Shown here piece by piece: positions 28,743 to 38,900 of a stretch of DNA of 62,635 nt. The first letter of the stretch is position 1, and each line of letters starts with the position of its first letter. A program made the position numbers and the translations under genes. The DNA is from an uncultured virus (IMG/VR IMGVR_UViG_3300024255_000007) (taxonomy: Duplodnaviria; Heunggongvirae; Uroviricota; Caudoviricetes), in IMG/VR virus record IMGVR_UViG_3300024255_000007; one strand, 5' to 3'. Under the pieces are notes generated by a model. It was given only the letters and a program-made list of their open reading frames with translations, had not been told where the DNA came from and did not search any database.

Positions 28743-29702
28743 ATGGCAGATCAAAATAAATTTGAAGAAATGCTTGAGCGCCTTATCAACGAAGATAAAG
28801 CAGGTGCAGAAGAGCTTTTCCACGAGATTGTGGTAGAAAAATCACGTAACATATACGAAGGTTTACTAGAGTCAGATCTAGAAGATCTAGACGAAGCTGA
28901 TGACGAAGCAGTAGACGAGTCAGATGATGAAGCAGTAGACGAGTCAGATGACGAAGATCTAGACGAGTCAGATGACGAAGATCTAGACGAGTCAGATGAT
29001 GAAGAAGTTGAAGAAGGATTCGACTTAGGCGAATTTGAAGTTGAAGCTGACCCAATGGACGCAATGATGGGTGGTGACGCAGGCGACGACATGGAAATGG
29101 GCGGCGACGAAGAAGGCGACGACGAAGGTGAAGAAGGTGACATGGAAGATCGTGTAATGGATCTTGAAGATGCGCTAGACGACCTAAAAGCAGAATTTGA
29201 AAAAATGATGGACGGCGACGACGAAGCTGGTGATGATGAAGAAGGCGGAGACGCAGTTGACGACATGATAGACGATGTTGAAGACGAAGCAATTGCTTTT
29301 GAATCAGACGAAGAAGTCGAAGAAGCAACTGACGAAGAAGTTGATGAAAGCAAAAAGTCAGCAGGCGAAACAATGCGCGAGTATGTTGAAAAAGTATCAG
29401 CTACAATGGGTGACACAGGTACTAACGGTACAAAGTCAGCAGTAGCAGGTAAAAATGACATGGGCGGCACAAGTGCTAATATTGCAAAAAATGCAGTAGC
29501 TGGTGATCCAGAAGCAGGCGCAGGTTCAACTGTAAAAGGTTCAGCACTAAGTGATACAAGTGCAAAAGAAGATTCGGCTGGTAACGTAAATGTTCCAGGC
29601 GGTAAAGCTGCTAAAGCAGGCAGCAATCAACCTGGCCACGGCGCTGAGAAAAAGGGCAAGCCAGAGACAGCAGCTAATAAAAAACCAACTATTGGCGGCT
29701 AA
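28743..29702 (+). CDS. Highly acidic prohead core/scaffold protein (gp67-like position)
   Basis: 319 aa, very Asp/Glu-rich with (V/L)DE repeats; directly upstream of the prohead protease; strong SD. Confidence 0.7.
   Translation: MADQNKFEEMLERLINEDKAGAEELFHEIVVEKSRNIYEGLLESDLEDLDEADDEAVDESDDEAVDESDDEDLDESDDEDLDESDDEEVEEGFDLGEFEVEADPMDAMMGGDAGDDMEMGGDEEGDDEGEEGDMEDRVMDLEDALDDLKAEFEKMMDGDDEAGDDEEGGDAVDDMIDDVEDEAIAFESDEEVEEATDEEVDESKKSAGETMREYVEKVSATMGDTGTNGTKSAVAGKNDMGGTSANIAKNAVAGDPEAGAGSTVKGSALSDTSAKEDSAGNVNVPGGKAAKAGSNQPGHGAEKKGKPETAANKKPTIGG
28881..29015 (+). repeat. 21-bp tandem repeat (~6 units) encoding DE(A/D)(V/L)DESD
   Basis: GACGAAGATCTAGACGAGTCAGAT-type units seen directly. Confidence 0.9.
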
Positions 29703-29723
29703 AAAAGACGTTAGGAACCAAAC

Positions 29724-30353
29724 ATGGCCAACTTTTTAAGAGAACATTTGACATTTGACCAAGCAGGCATGGTACTTGAGACCGCGGAAAACTCAAATGG
29801 AGGCAAAGATCTTTACCTAAAAGGTATTTGTATCCAGGGCGGAGTACGCAACGCTAACCAGCGTGTGTATCCTGTAAATGAGATTGGAAGGGCTGTCAAA
29901 ACTCTCAATGATCAAATCAGCGAAGGTTTTAGTGTAATCGGCGAAGTTGACCACCCAGAGGGTCTTAACATTAACTTAGATCGTGTAAGTCATATGATCA
30001 CAGATATGTGGATGGATGGCGATAACGGTTTCGGCAAAATGAAAATCTTACCAACCCCTATGGGACAGTTAGTTAAAACTATGTTAGAAGCAGGTGTTAA
30101 ACTAGGTGTTTCCTCTAGGGGCTCTGGTGAAGTTGACGGTAACGGCAACGTTACTGGTTTTGAAATAATCACTGTGGACGTTGTGGCTCAACCCAGCGCC
30201 CCTGGTGCATATCCAACTCCGATATATGAACATATCATGAATACTCGTGGCGGGATGAAGGCATATGAATTAGCAGAGGCAACAAAAGAAGATGCAAAGG
30301 CACAAAAGTTTTTAAAGAATCAATTGGTTAATATAATCAATGGTCTCCAATAA
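29724..30353 (+). CDS. gp21: Prohead protease, gp21-like
   Basis: 'N.NQRVYP', 'GEVDHP', 'LDRVSH', 'LGVSSRGSG', 'DVVAQPSAP.A'. Confidence 0.95.
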   Translation: MANFLREHLTFDQAGMVLETAENSNGGKDLYLKGICIQGGVRNANQRVYPVNEIGRAVKTLNDQISEGFSVIGEVDHPEGLNINLDRVSHMITDMWMDGDNGFGKMKILPTPMGQLVKTMLEAGVKLGVSSRGSGEVDGNGNVTGFEIITVDVVAQPSAPGAYPTPIYEHIMNTRGGMKAYELAEATKEDAKAQKFLKNQLVNIINGLQ

Positions 30354-30367
30354 ACGAGGAGAATAAT

Positions 30368-31465
30368 ATGTTGGACGCATTAAAATCACTCTTCGAAAGC
30401 GATGCACTTACAGATGATGTAAAAGCAGAACTTCAAGAAGCATGGGAAGCTAAAATCGGTGAAAACCGTAAAGCAGTCACTGCGGAACTTCGTGAGGAGT
30501 TTGCTCAAAAGTACGAGCATGACAAGCAAACAATGGTGGAAGCTATTGACAAGTTGCTTGAGGAACGTCTAGCTGAAGAAATTTCAGAATTTGCAGAAGA
30601 TCGTCAGCAGTTAGCTGAAGCAAAAGCGAAGTATGCTATTGCTATGCGTGAAAACGCAGACCTTATGCAAGGTTTTGTTATGGAACAGCTTAAAACAGAA
30701 GTTTCCGAACTACACGAAGAACGCAAAGCAATGGCTGTACAGCATGCTAAACTTGAAGATTTTGTTGTTGAAGCATTATCTAAAGAAATTGCAGAGTTCC
30801 ACGAAGATAAACAAGACTTAGCTGAAACGAAAGTACGATTAGTACGTGAAGCTAAGGAACACTTCGCTAAGGTCAAAACAGACTTTATCGAAAGAAGTGC
30901 AATAGCAGTATCAGAAACAGTTGACAAAGCTCTACGTAGCGAAATACATCAACTTAAAGAAGATATTGATGAAGCAAGACAGAACGACTTTGGTCGTAAG
31001 TTATTTGAAGCATTCGCAAGTGAATACACAAGTAGCTATCTAAACGAAAACTCAGAAACATCTAAACTTTTAAAAGTTGTCGATGCAAAGAACAAGCAGA
31101 TTAGTGAAGCAAAAGTTGCTGCTAAGAAAGCTATTGAAATTGCAGAAGCACAGCAAAATAAAAATAAAGTACTTTCTGAATCAGTTCGCAGAGAGAAAAT
31201 TATGACAGATCTAGTTGCTCCTTTATCAAAGGATCAGCGCGATATCATGACAGACTTACTGGAAAGTGTACAAACTGACAGATTAAATAAATCTTTCAAT
31301 AAGTACCTACCATCAGTTATTGACGGCAACGGACCAGCGAAGCGCAAGGCAGTCTTATCAGAGGCAAAAGAAATTACAGGCAACAGAACACAAGAAAAAA
31401 CTATGACACCAAAAGCAGACGATTCTAATGTATTAGACTTACGCCGTCTTGCTGGATTAAATTAA
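30368..31465 (+). CDS. gp22: Prohead core scaffold protein, gp22-like
   Basis: 365 aa coiled-coil protein between the protease and the major capsid gene. Confidence 0.8.
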   Translation: MLDALKSLFESDALTDDVKAELQEAWEAKIGENRKAVTAELREEFAQKYEHDKQTMVEAIDKLLEERLAEEISEFAEDRQQLAEAKAKYAIAMRENADLMQGFVMEQLKTEVSELHEERKAMAVQHAKLEDFVVEALSKEIAEFHEDKQDLAETKVRLVREAKEHFAKVKTDFIERSAIAVSETVDKALRSEIHQLKEDIDEARQNDFGRKLFEAFASEYTSSYLNENSETSKLLKVVDAKNKQISEAKVAAKKAIEIAEAQQNKNKVLSESVRREKIMTDLVAPLSKDQRDIMTDLLESVQTDRLNKSFNKYLPSVIDGNGPAKRKAVLSEAKEITGNRTQEKTMTPKADDSNVLDLRRLAGLN

Positions 31466-31472
31466 GGAGATT

Positions 31473-32654
31473 ATGATGTCAGAACTATTAGAAAGTCGCT
31501 GGACAGACACAAAGACTGCTCTTCTTGAAGGCCTAGACGGTAACAAGAAGTCAGTAATGGCTGCCACACTAGAAAACACTCGCAAGTATCTTTCAGAAGC
31601 TGCAACAGCGGGTGCAACAAGCGCAGGTAACGTAGCAACACTTAACCGTGTTATCCTACCAGTTATCAGACGTGTTATGCCAACTGTTATTGCTAACGAG
31701 TTAGTAGGTGTACAACCTATGACTGGTCCAGTTGGTCAGATTCACACACTACGTGTACGTTACGCAGATGCTTTTAACAGCACCAACGGAACAGACACAG
31801 CAGCTGGTGATGAAGCACTAAGCCCATTCAAAATTGCTGAAGGTTACTCAGGTGCCGCAGCAGACGACAGGGCAGCAGCCACAAGCGCATTAGAAGGCGC
31901 GGCAGGCAACAGAATGAGCATTCAGATCTTAAAGCAGACTGTTGAAGCTAAATCACGTAAGCTATCAGCACGTTGGACCTTTGAGGCAGCTCAAGATGCA
32001 CAGTCACAGCATGGTATTGATGTTGAAGCAGAAATTATGGCTGCTCTAGCACAAGAAATTACAGCTGAAATTGATCAAGAAGTATTAGCTTCTTTAGGTT
32101 CACTAGCAGGATCTGCTGCTGAAACTTATGACCAATCAGCAGTAAGTGGCACAGCTACTTTCGTAGGTGATGAGCATGCTGCATTAGCAGTACAAATCAA
32201 CCGCGTAAGTAACTTGATTGCACAGCGTACACGTAGAGGCGCAGGTAACTGGGCAGTGGTATCACCATTTGCACTAACTATCCTACAGTCTGCTACAACT
32301 TCAGCGTTCGCAAGAACAACAGAAGGTACATTCGAAGCACCAACTAACACTAAAATGGTTGGTACATTGAACAATGCAATGAAAGTATATGTAAACACAT
32401 ATGCAGCTGACAGCAGTCCAGTACTTATTGGTTACAAAGGATCAAGCGAATCAGACGCAGCAGCGTTCTATTGCCCATATATCCCACTAATGAGCTCAGG
32501 CGTTGTACTAGATCCAGATACATTTGAACCAACTGTATCATTCATGACACGTTATGGTTATGTGGAACTAAACAACACAGCATCATCGCTTGGTAACGCA
32601 GCTGATTACTTAGGTAAAGTTGACATTACTAACAGTGCAGTAAGCTTCAGCTAA
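31473..32654 (+). CDS. gp23: Major capsid protein, gp23-like
   Basis: 'IRRVMPTVIANELVGVQPMTGPVGQI', 'VEAKSRKLSARWT.E.AQD...HGIDVEAE', 'FYCPYIPL', 'FMTRYG'. Confidence 0.97.
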   Translation: MMSELLESRWTDTKTALLEGLDGNKKSVMAATLENTRKYLSEAATAGATSAGNVATLNRVILPVIRRVMPTVIANELVGVQPMTGPVGQIHTLRVRYADAFNSTNGTDTAAGDEALSPFKIAEGYSGAAADDRAAATSALEGAAGNRMSIQILKQTVEAKSRKLSARWTFEAAQDAQSQHGIDVEAEIMAALAQEITAEIDQEVLASLGSLAGSAAETYDQSAVSGTATFVGDEHAALAVQINRVSNLIAQRTRRGAGNWAVVSPFALTILQSATTSAFARTTEGTFEAPTNTKMVGTLNNAMKVYVNTYAADSSPVLIGYKGSSESDAAAFYCPYIPLMSSGVVLDPDTFEPTVSFMTRYGYVELNNTASSLGNAADYLGKVDITNSAVSFS

Positions 32655-32673
32655 GTTTAATTTATTAAACTAG

Positions 32674-32700
32674 AATAGGCCCTTCGGGGCCTATTTTTTT
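32674..32700 (+). terminator. Intrinsic terminator after the capsid gene
   Basis: AATAGGCCC-TTCG-GGGCCTATT followed by a T tract. Confidence 0.93.
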
Positions 32701-32720
32701 GACTTTTTTTAAAAAAGTGG

Positions 32721-32748
32721 TTGACATTGTTTATAATGATGTTATATT
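32721..32748 (+). promoter_or_regulatory. sigma70-type promoter
   Basis: A-tract, TTGACA (32721-32726), 16 bp, TGn-extended TATATT (32743-32748). Confidence 0.7.
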
Positions 32749-32754
32749 AAGTAC

Positions 32755-32965
32755 ATAAGCTAGACGACGGTTTAGATTAGATAGTGCAAGGAATAAGCAA
32801 CCGCAGCGTTGTAAACTTGGCTAGCACCTGTAGTAGGAGCGCATGAGTGTAGAGATACAAAGATGCGTATTTTGGAAGTAACTTTCCGATGTTAGGCTCT
32901 CCGAACTTAGAAATGAGTTGCTGAGGAGTTGTTGGTAATCATTAATCCCAACCTATCACTTTATT
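32755..32965 (+). ncRNA. Candidate ~200-nt structured non-coding RNA (unassigned family)
   Basis: Own promoter and terminator, no credible ORF, multi-branched helices closed by GATAG/CTATC. Confidence 0.6.
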
Positions 32966-32968
32966 ATT

Positions 32969-33010
32969 AAAAGGTCTACCCACTAATGCGGTAGGCCTTT
33001 TTTCTTTTTC
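32969..33010 (+). terminator. Intrinsic terminator
   Basis: AAAAGGTCTACC, 9-nt loop, GGTAGGCCTTTT, then a long T tract. Confidence 0.85.
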
Positions 33011-33027
33011 TTTTCTGTTAACCCTTT

Positions 33028-33131
33028 GATAAATACTAATGTCAAATAGTGTGCCGCAAGGCGGACTTATGCTGTACCCACAGCGTAGCTCATAGAACGG
33101 GCATTGGACTACTTTTTATAGGAGAAAAAAA
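33028..33131 (+). promoter_or_regulatory. Late promoter GATAAATA plus structured 5' leader
   Basis: Box at 33028-33035, three adjacent hairpins at 33052-33102, then an AGGAGA SD. Confidence 0.65.
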
Positions 33132-33590
33132 ATGGGAAGACCACTAAACAAGAGATTTTTTGCAGATGCTACTACAGGTCCTGGTGCAGGAGATGAAATC
33201 AAAGTTAACTTTCACGACGGAGCAGGCGTTAAAGAAGGCTTCATTGTAAAGCAAAAAGGATCTAAAAGATTCGTATGTTCAGAAACAGGTACGTTAGATA
33301 CATTACATACTTGTGTGCTAACAACTGGCAAATTACCAGCAGCACTAACAGCAGGTGAAATGGCTATTTCATTCAAAATGGATGATGCAGAAACATACAC
33401 AGTAAGTAAAATTTCTGGACGTAAAGTAACACTAGTTGCTCCAAGTGCTACAGGCGCAAACGCATATGACGGAAAGTCAGTGCCATGGAACTTTAGTACA
33501 AGTACTACAGATGGTGCAGCACAAGTTGAAGAAGCTGGTGAAGATGATGTCTCCAACACTGATGATGACGATTTCACAGCAGACGCATAA
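33132..33590 (+). CDS. Hypothetical virion protein
   Basis: 152 aa, late promoter, strong SD, first gene of the appendage cluster. Confidence 0.8.
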   Translation: MGRPLNKRFFADATTGPGAGDEIKVNFHDGAGVKEGFIVKQKGSKRFVCSETGTLDTLHTCVLTTGKLPAALTAGEMAISFKMDDAETYTVSKISGRKVTLVAPSATGANAYDGKSVPWNFSTSTTDGAAQVEEAGEDDVSNTDDDDFTADA

Positions 33591-33601
33591 GGACTGATGT
33601 A

Positions 33602-33964
33602 ATGGAACGACCAATTAATGTTTTTTGGAATTTTTTAAAAAATCTAAAAGATTTGATCGTTTCGGTTAAGATAGGAAACTCTAAGGCAGATCCATTTGGG
33701 TCTGTTTTAGAGCAACTTTCCGATAATACATTTAAGGTTAAAGATAACAACGGAAACATTGGAACATGTACATTAGTATCTAAAGATACAGATGAATTAA
33801 AAGATAACGAAATGTCGTTATATGCAATTTGTTTAAAGATGTGTTCTAGTGTTTTTATAAAGAAAGTAATAAATGATATAATGATAGATTTTAAGAATAA
33901 TAATTATAAGTGGGAACTTGATCATGATTCAACACAATCTATTGTTTTGCTAAGGGATATTTAA
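33602..33964 (+). CDS. Hypothetical protein, diverged paralogue of ORF 33132
   Basis: Shares M.RP.N...G....Q.....F....TC.L......L...EM with the upstream ORF. Confidence 0.65.
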   Translation: MERPINVFWNFLKNLKDLIVSVKIGNSKADPFGSVLEQLSDNTFKVKDNNGNIGTCTLVSKDTDELKDNEMSLYAICLKMCSSVFIKKVINDIMIDFKNNNYKWELDHDSTQSIVLLRDI

Positions 33965-34981
33965 ATGTCAACAAAGTTTTTAAAAATTGGCGGTGATTAC
34001 AAAATCTCTACAGAATCAGGAGGAAGAATAACTCTTGATACAGGCAATGAGATTGGAGATGTTGTTATTACTGGTGATTTAGTAGTACAAGGCCAATCTA
34101 CAGTAGTTGAAACTACTAACATGACCATTGAAGATAATATTATAATATTAAATCAAGGTGAAACAGCAAGCGGCATCACTAGAGGCGGTCAAGCTGGTAT
34201 CGAAGTAGAAAGAGGAACTGACGTTAACGGTAGATGGTTATTTGTTGATGCAATTGATTGGACTGATACTACTGTACCAGGAACTACTAGAAGCGGTGGT
34301 TGGTCTGGTAGGGATACGTCAGGAAATATATTAGGTATTGAAACTGTTAGTATTACAACAAGCGGTAATCCTTTTGCATTTTATATTGATAGTAATAATG
34401 CTAGTGCAAAAATATCTATTGACGGCGCAAACGACTACGAGTTACGAGTAACTGACGATGATGATATTCCGAATAAAAAATATGTTGATGATTCAATTAC
34501 AAACTTCTTTAACGTAACAGTACCAAGCAGGATACAAGAAGGTCCAATTGGTAATTTAACAAAATTTGAAACATTTGATGATTCGCAAACTGGCACACCT
34601 AGTCGTATAGTAGCTACTATCGATGACGTTGATGTAGTTGAAGTGTTTGGCGACTATGCTGACTTGTATGGTTTAAGAATAGAGTCTTTAACTGGACGAG
34701 GCGTTGAGTTAAAAACAACAGAAACAAGCGGTAACGATTTGATACTCGGAGCAATGGGTACAGGTCAAGTTGTTATTGAAGATAATTTTAGAATACAAAG
34801 ATTAGGTCACGAAGGTGATCAAACTACACCTGATAATATTCCTGTACCTGATGAAGGTGTTACAGTTTTTGCAAATACCAGTAATGCTGGAGGTTCTGGA
34901 CTCTTTTTTGTTAATGAAAATTCACAAAGAGATGAACTAGTAAGTAGAAACAGAGCACTTTTGTATAGTATGATTTTTTAA
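33965..34981 (+). CDS. Virion structural protein (fibre/collar-like)
   Basis: 338 aa; 'VITGDLVVQG..T.VETTNMTIEDNIIILN.GE.......AGIEVERG' is a recurrent phage fibre motif. Confidence 0.7.
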   Translation: MSTKFLKIGGDYKISTESGGRITLDTGNEIGDVVITGDLVVQGQSTVVETTNMTIEDNIIILNQGETASGITRGGQAGIEVERGTDVNGRWLFVDAIDWTDTTVPGTTRSGGWSGRDTSGNILGIETVSITTSGNPFAFYIDSNNASAKISIDGANDYELRVTDDDDIPNKKYVDDSITNFFNVTVPSRIQEGPIGNLTKFETFDDSQTGTPSRIVATIDDVDVVEVFGDYADLYGLRIESLTGRGVELKTTETSGNDLILGAMGTGQVVIEDNFRIQRLGHEGDQTTPDNIPVPDEGVTVFANTSNAGGSGLFFVNENSQRDELVSRNRALLYSMIF

Positions 34982-34990
34982 GGAAATAAA

Positions 34991-35371
34991 ATGGCAATAG
35001 TAAATCAAGCAATTATAGATAACGTAGCAAATGCACCTAATAACTTTAGGTATACAATGTTAACAGTACCAGTAGGTGAGCAATGGGCAATTACAAATAT
35101 TCTTGTCTGTAACACTTACAATCCTACTGCTGCAAATCCAGAAAACGAAACTTGTGCATTTGATTTACACCTAGTTCCTAGTACAGGAGCATATGCAGAT
35201 GCTACTACTAGTGTAGTTCGCAGACTGTCTTTACCAGCTGGCGAAACATTTACGTTTGACACTGAGCGTGTAATTTTAGAAGGCGGCGACAGTGTTGTAA
35301 TAAACGGTGAAGCAAGTGTAGGCGGTACAGGAAGACTAGCATGTACAGTGAGCTATATGAAGGTATTATAA
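34991..35371 (+). CDS. Small beta-rich structural protein (paralogue of 45412 and 60425)
   Basis: 'TVP.....AITNILVCN...L.AGET.....E..IL' shared with the other two copies. Confidence 0.7.
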   Translation: MAIVNQAIIDNVANAPNNFRYTMLTVPVGEQWAITNILVCNTYNPTAANPENETCAFDLHLVPSTGAYADATTSVVRRLSLPAGETFTFDTERVILEGGDSVVINGEASVGGTGRLACTVSYMKVL

Positions 35372-35923
35372 ATGAGATTACTTAAGGCACAAAACACTAA
35401 TCTACGCAACATCTACGGAAAAGGTGTTAAGTATGATATTGACGATCAAGTAATTGTTGACTCAACAAATAGTATGCTTGTGCCTAAAGGTACAACAGCA
35501 CAACGCCCAGCTACACCTAATAACGGGCACATTCGCTATAATACATCATTAGATACAGGCGGAGTTGAGATTGGCTTAGAAGCATACAATGACAGTGAGT
35601 GGAGACGTTTACGCTATAAAGAACCAAACACAAATCCAGGCATTGTATGGCAAAACTTAGGTAACGGCGATGCAACCGAAACGGTGTTTGGCATACTTAA
35701 CAGTGGCGATCCGGATTATGTACAACCAGAAGCAGCAGAACATGTAATTGTATTAGTTGAGAACGTTGTTCAACTACCTACAACAAACTATACATTAGAA
35801 CAAAGTTCAGCAGGTAATTTAACAGGACCTAATTCACCGTATGCAGACGGTTGGTATATTAAGTTTACAAGTCCAGTTGATCTTGCTAAGCCTGTAACTG
35901 TAGTACATAACTTCGACAAATAA
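35372..35923 (+). CDS. Virion structural protein
   Basis: 183 aa with the 'PKGTTAQRP....G.IRYN' fibre-joint motif. Confidence 0.7.
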   Translation: MRLLKAQNTNLRNIYGKGVKYDIDDQVIVDSTNSMLVPKGTTAQRPATPNNGHIRYNTSLDTGGVEIGLEAYNDSEWRRLRYKEPNTNPGIVWQNLGNGDATETVFGILNSGDPDYVQPEAAEHVIVLVENVVQLPTTNYTLEQSSAGNLTGPNSPYADGWYIKFTSPVDLAKPVTVVHNFDK

Positions 35924-35926
35924 CCC

Positions 35927-35934
35927 GATAAATA
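35927..35934 (+). promoter_or_regulatory. Late promoter GATAAATA
   Basis: Box, AGGAG SD, ATG at 35953. Confidence 0.7.
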
Positions 35935-35952
35935 CTTGCACAGGAGTAAATT

Positions 35953-38900
35953 ATGTCGCAAGTAGGTAGAATATCAGGACCATTATTACAAGAAAATTTA
36001 ATACGTAACGGTATTGATCTCAGCTTTGAAACTGACTTAATATATCTTGACGTTAGTAGCGGTAGAGTAGGTGTTAAGACTAACTCTCCAAGTAATGAAT
36101 TACAAAATTCTCAAACTACTAGATCTACAAATTTAATTGTAGATACTGAAGCTAATTTTCCAATACTAAATTTTACAAACAGCACAGTGCAACCGTTCGG
36201 CGGCACTAATAATATTGTACTCGATGCAAGGCATAACATTACAGCTAATCGAGTAAAAACAGATAATTTACTAATTGACGACGATCGTATTAGTACATAT
36301 ACTACAGATACTAATATTGAATTAAGACCAAACGGAACTGGTATAACTGAGTTTAATAACTTATGGGTTGAGAATAATCTAAATGTTACAGGTGATGTAC
36401 GATTAGACGGTGACGTTACATTTGGTAATGCAGACACAGATAGTATAACATTTGACGCAGACGTTACATCAAATATTATTCCTGATGCTGACGTAACTTA
36501 TAACTTAGGTACTCCAGGAAAACGCTGGCAGACAATTGAAGCAAGACTATTAAACGGTCAAGACATTGACGCACAAGTTGCTCTTATTGGCAACGTTAAC
36601 ATTGGCACAAGACCTGGTAATTTGTATTATGTGTCAACTAACGGCGATAACGCAAATGTAGGCGATCATCCACAAGGACCATTCCTTACAATTGCGCATG
36701 CGGCATCACAAGCATCAGCAGGCGACACTATTCATATTGCGCCAGGCGAATATGAGGAAATTTGTCCTATAACAGTTCCTCAAGGCGTAACAATAACTGG
36801 TCTTGATTTAAGAAATACTATAGTTAAACCTACGCAAGCTACTAATGCAAATAATATTTTTCTACTCAATGGCGAATCAAGTGTAACTAATTTAACTATA
36901 AAAGATTTTTATACAGGGTATGCATTTAGTTTTGCGCCGAACGCAACAGTAACAAGTCGTAGCCCGTATGTTCAAAACATAACTGTACTTACAAGAGGTA
37001 GCGTAACAAGTGCAAGTGACCCAAGAGGTTTTGCACAAGGTGATGCTGGTAAAGGCGCCCTAGTAGACGGAGCAAGTGTACTAAGCACTAGTAAAGATGC
37101 AAGTATGTTGTTCCATGCTGTAACATTTATTACTCCGGGTGTTGATGCACTTACAATGACTAATGGTGTAAAAGTTGAATGGTTAAACTCGTTTACATAT
37201 TTTGCAAATAGAGGACTGTATGCTGTTAACGGAAGCACAGGACATCTAAGCACAGACGGGTCAACAGTAGACTACGGCGCAGAAATAAGATCAATAGGAT
37301 CTGCAAATGTCTATGGAAATTACGGAGCAGTAGCAGACGGTTCAGATACGTTAATGTACCTTATACAACACAATATGGCATATGTTGGTGTAGGAAAATA
37401 TTCTGATAATGATCCTAGTCGAGTTATACAATCGCAAGAAATATCAAAATTAAACAGTGGTAACATTTATTATCAAACTGTTAATCATGCTGGCAATTTT
37501 AGAATTGGTGATAACTTTTTTATTAACCAAGATACTGGTGAAAGTAGTATTGTAATTAATGAAGGCCAAGTACAAGGCTTTGGTAGGCTACGTGCAACGA
37601 CAAACGGCAACGTAACTATAATTGACGGCGAAGAAGTAAGTACAGGTAATTTATTATTCAATCAAAATACAATATCTTCTGTAATTGGTGATATAAATGT
37701 AGATGCATTTGGCGGAGATATTAATCTACTAGATAATACAAATGTAACTGGCGATGTAGACATTACCGGAGACCTAACGTTCGACGGGCAGTTAAACTTA
37801 ATGGGTAATCAAGCATCTGATACATTAAAATTTAATGTTAATTTTGATCAAGATATTAATCCTAATATTACAAGTTCTTATGATTTAGGATCTTTAAATA
37901 AAAAGTGGAACGGCATTTGGCTTACTGAAGCACAAATAGACGACATACATATTGAAGATAATTTTATTACAACTGATTCAAGCAATGCTGACTTAGATTT
38001 ACGTGCTAACGGCACTGGCGACATTCTTATTCCTAATAACAATGTACAAGTTGATAATAACTTAACTGTAAGTGGCGACACTGATTTACAATCTTTAGAT
38101 GTAACTGGAAATATACAGCTCGTAGGTGATAAAAATACTACAGGCAATATTAGTATTACTAATCTTAATTTAGATGGAAATTTAGTTTCAGGATCTCAAG
38201 TACAACTTGAAGAAATATTAGTTGACGGAAACGTAATTACTACAACTACGTTAAATGCTGATTTAGAGTTACGTGCTGCCGGCACTGGTACTATTAATAC
38301 AAGCGAACAAGTACAAATTAATAATAATTTATCACTGAGTGATTTGTCTGCACCAAACAGTATAATTACTGTAACTGATAATGTTAGGTTTGATACTGCA
38401 AATATAACTAATGTGGTTATACAAGGCAATAAAATAACACATAAGCCTTCAGTTGGTAATGATTATCTTCGGTTAATGAATGTTACAAATATAAGTGCGG
38501 ATACTATTGTACAAAATAATGTAATAGTTAATGGCACTACTGATATTGACAATGTAACGGTTAACGGAAATATTACACAAACTGGAAATAAAACACAAAC
38601 TGGAAATTATACTCTTGCAGGAGAATTTAGTAATTCTAATTTGTATATTGAAGATAATTTTATTACTACAACTGAAAGTAATTCGGATTTAGAATTACGT
38701 GCAAATGGCACTGGTGATATTTTAATTGACACTGACGACACTGTTACAATATCTAATAATTTAACTGTAGGAGGAGTTTTACAATATAACGGCTTCTTGC
38801 AAATTAACGGTGACGTAACTTTACAAGGTAATATTCAAGATGGTAATTTAACTATTACTGAAGATTTTAATGTTACAGGAAATTTAGATGTTACAGGTAA

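Noticed and set aside
28881..29015. CRISPR-like array
   Set aside because: Contiguous in-frame coding repeats with no unique spacers.
28751..29626. Long antisense ORFs (291 aa and 195 aa) over the acidic scaffold gene
   Set aside because: Ser- or Leu/Arg-rich shadows caused by GAA/GAC codon bias and repeats; no SD or promoter.
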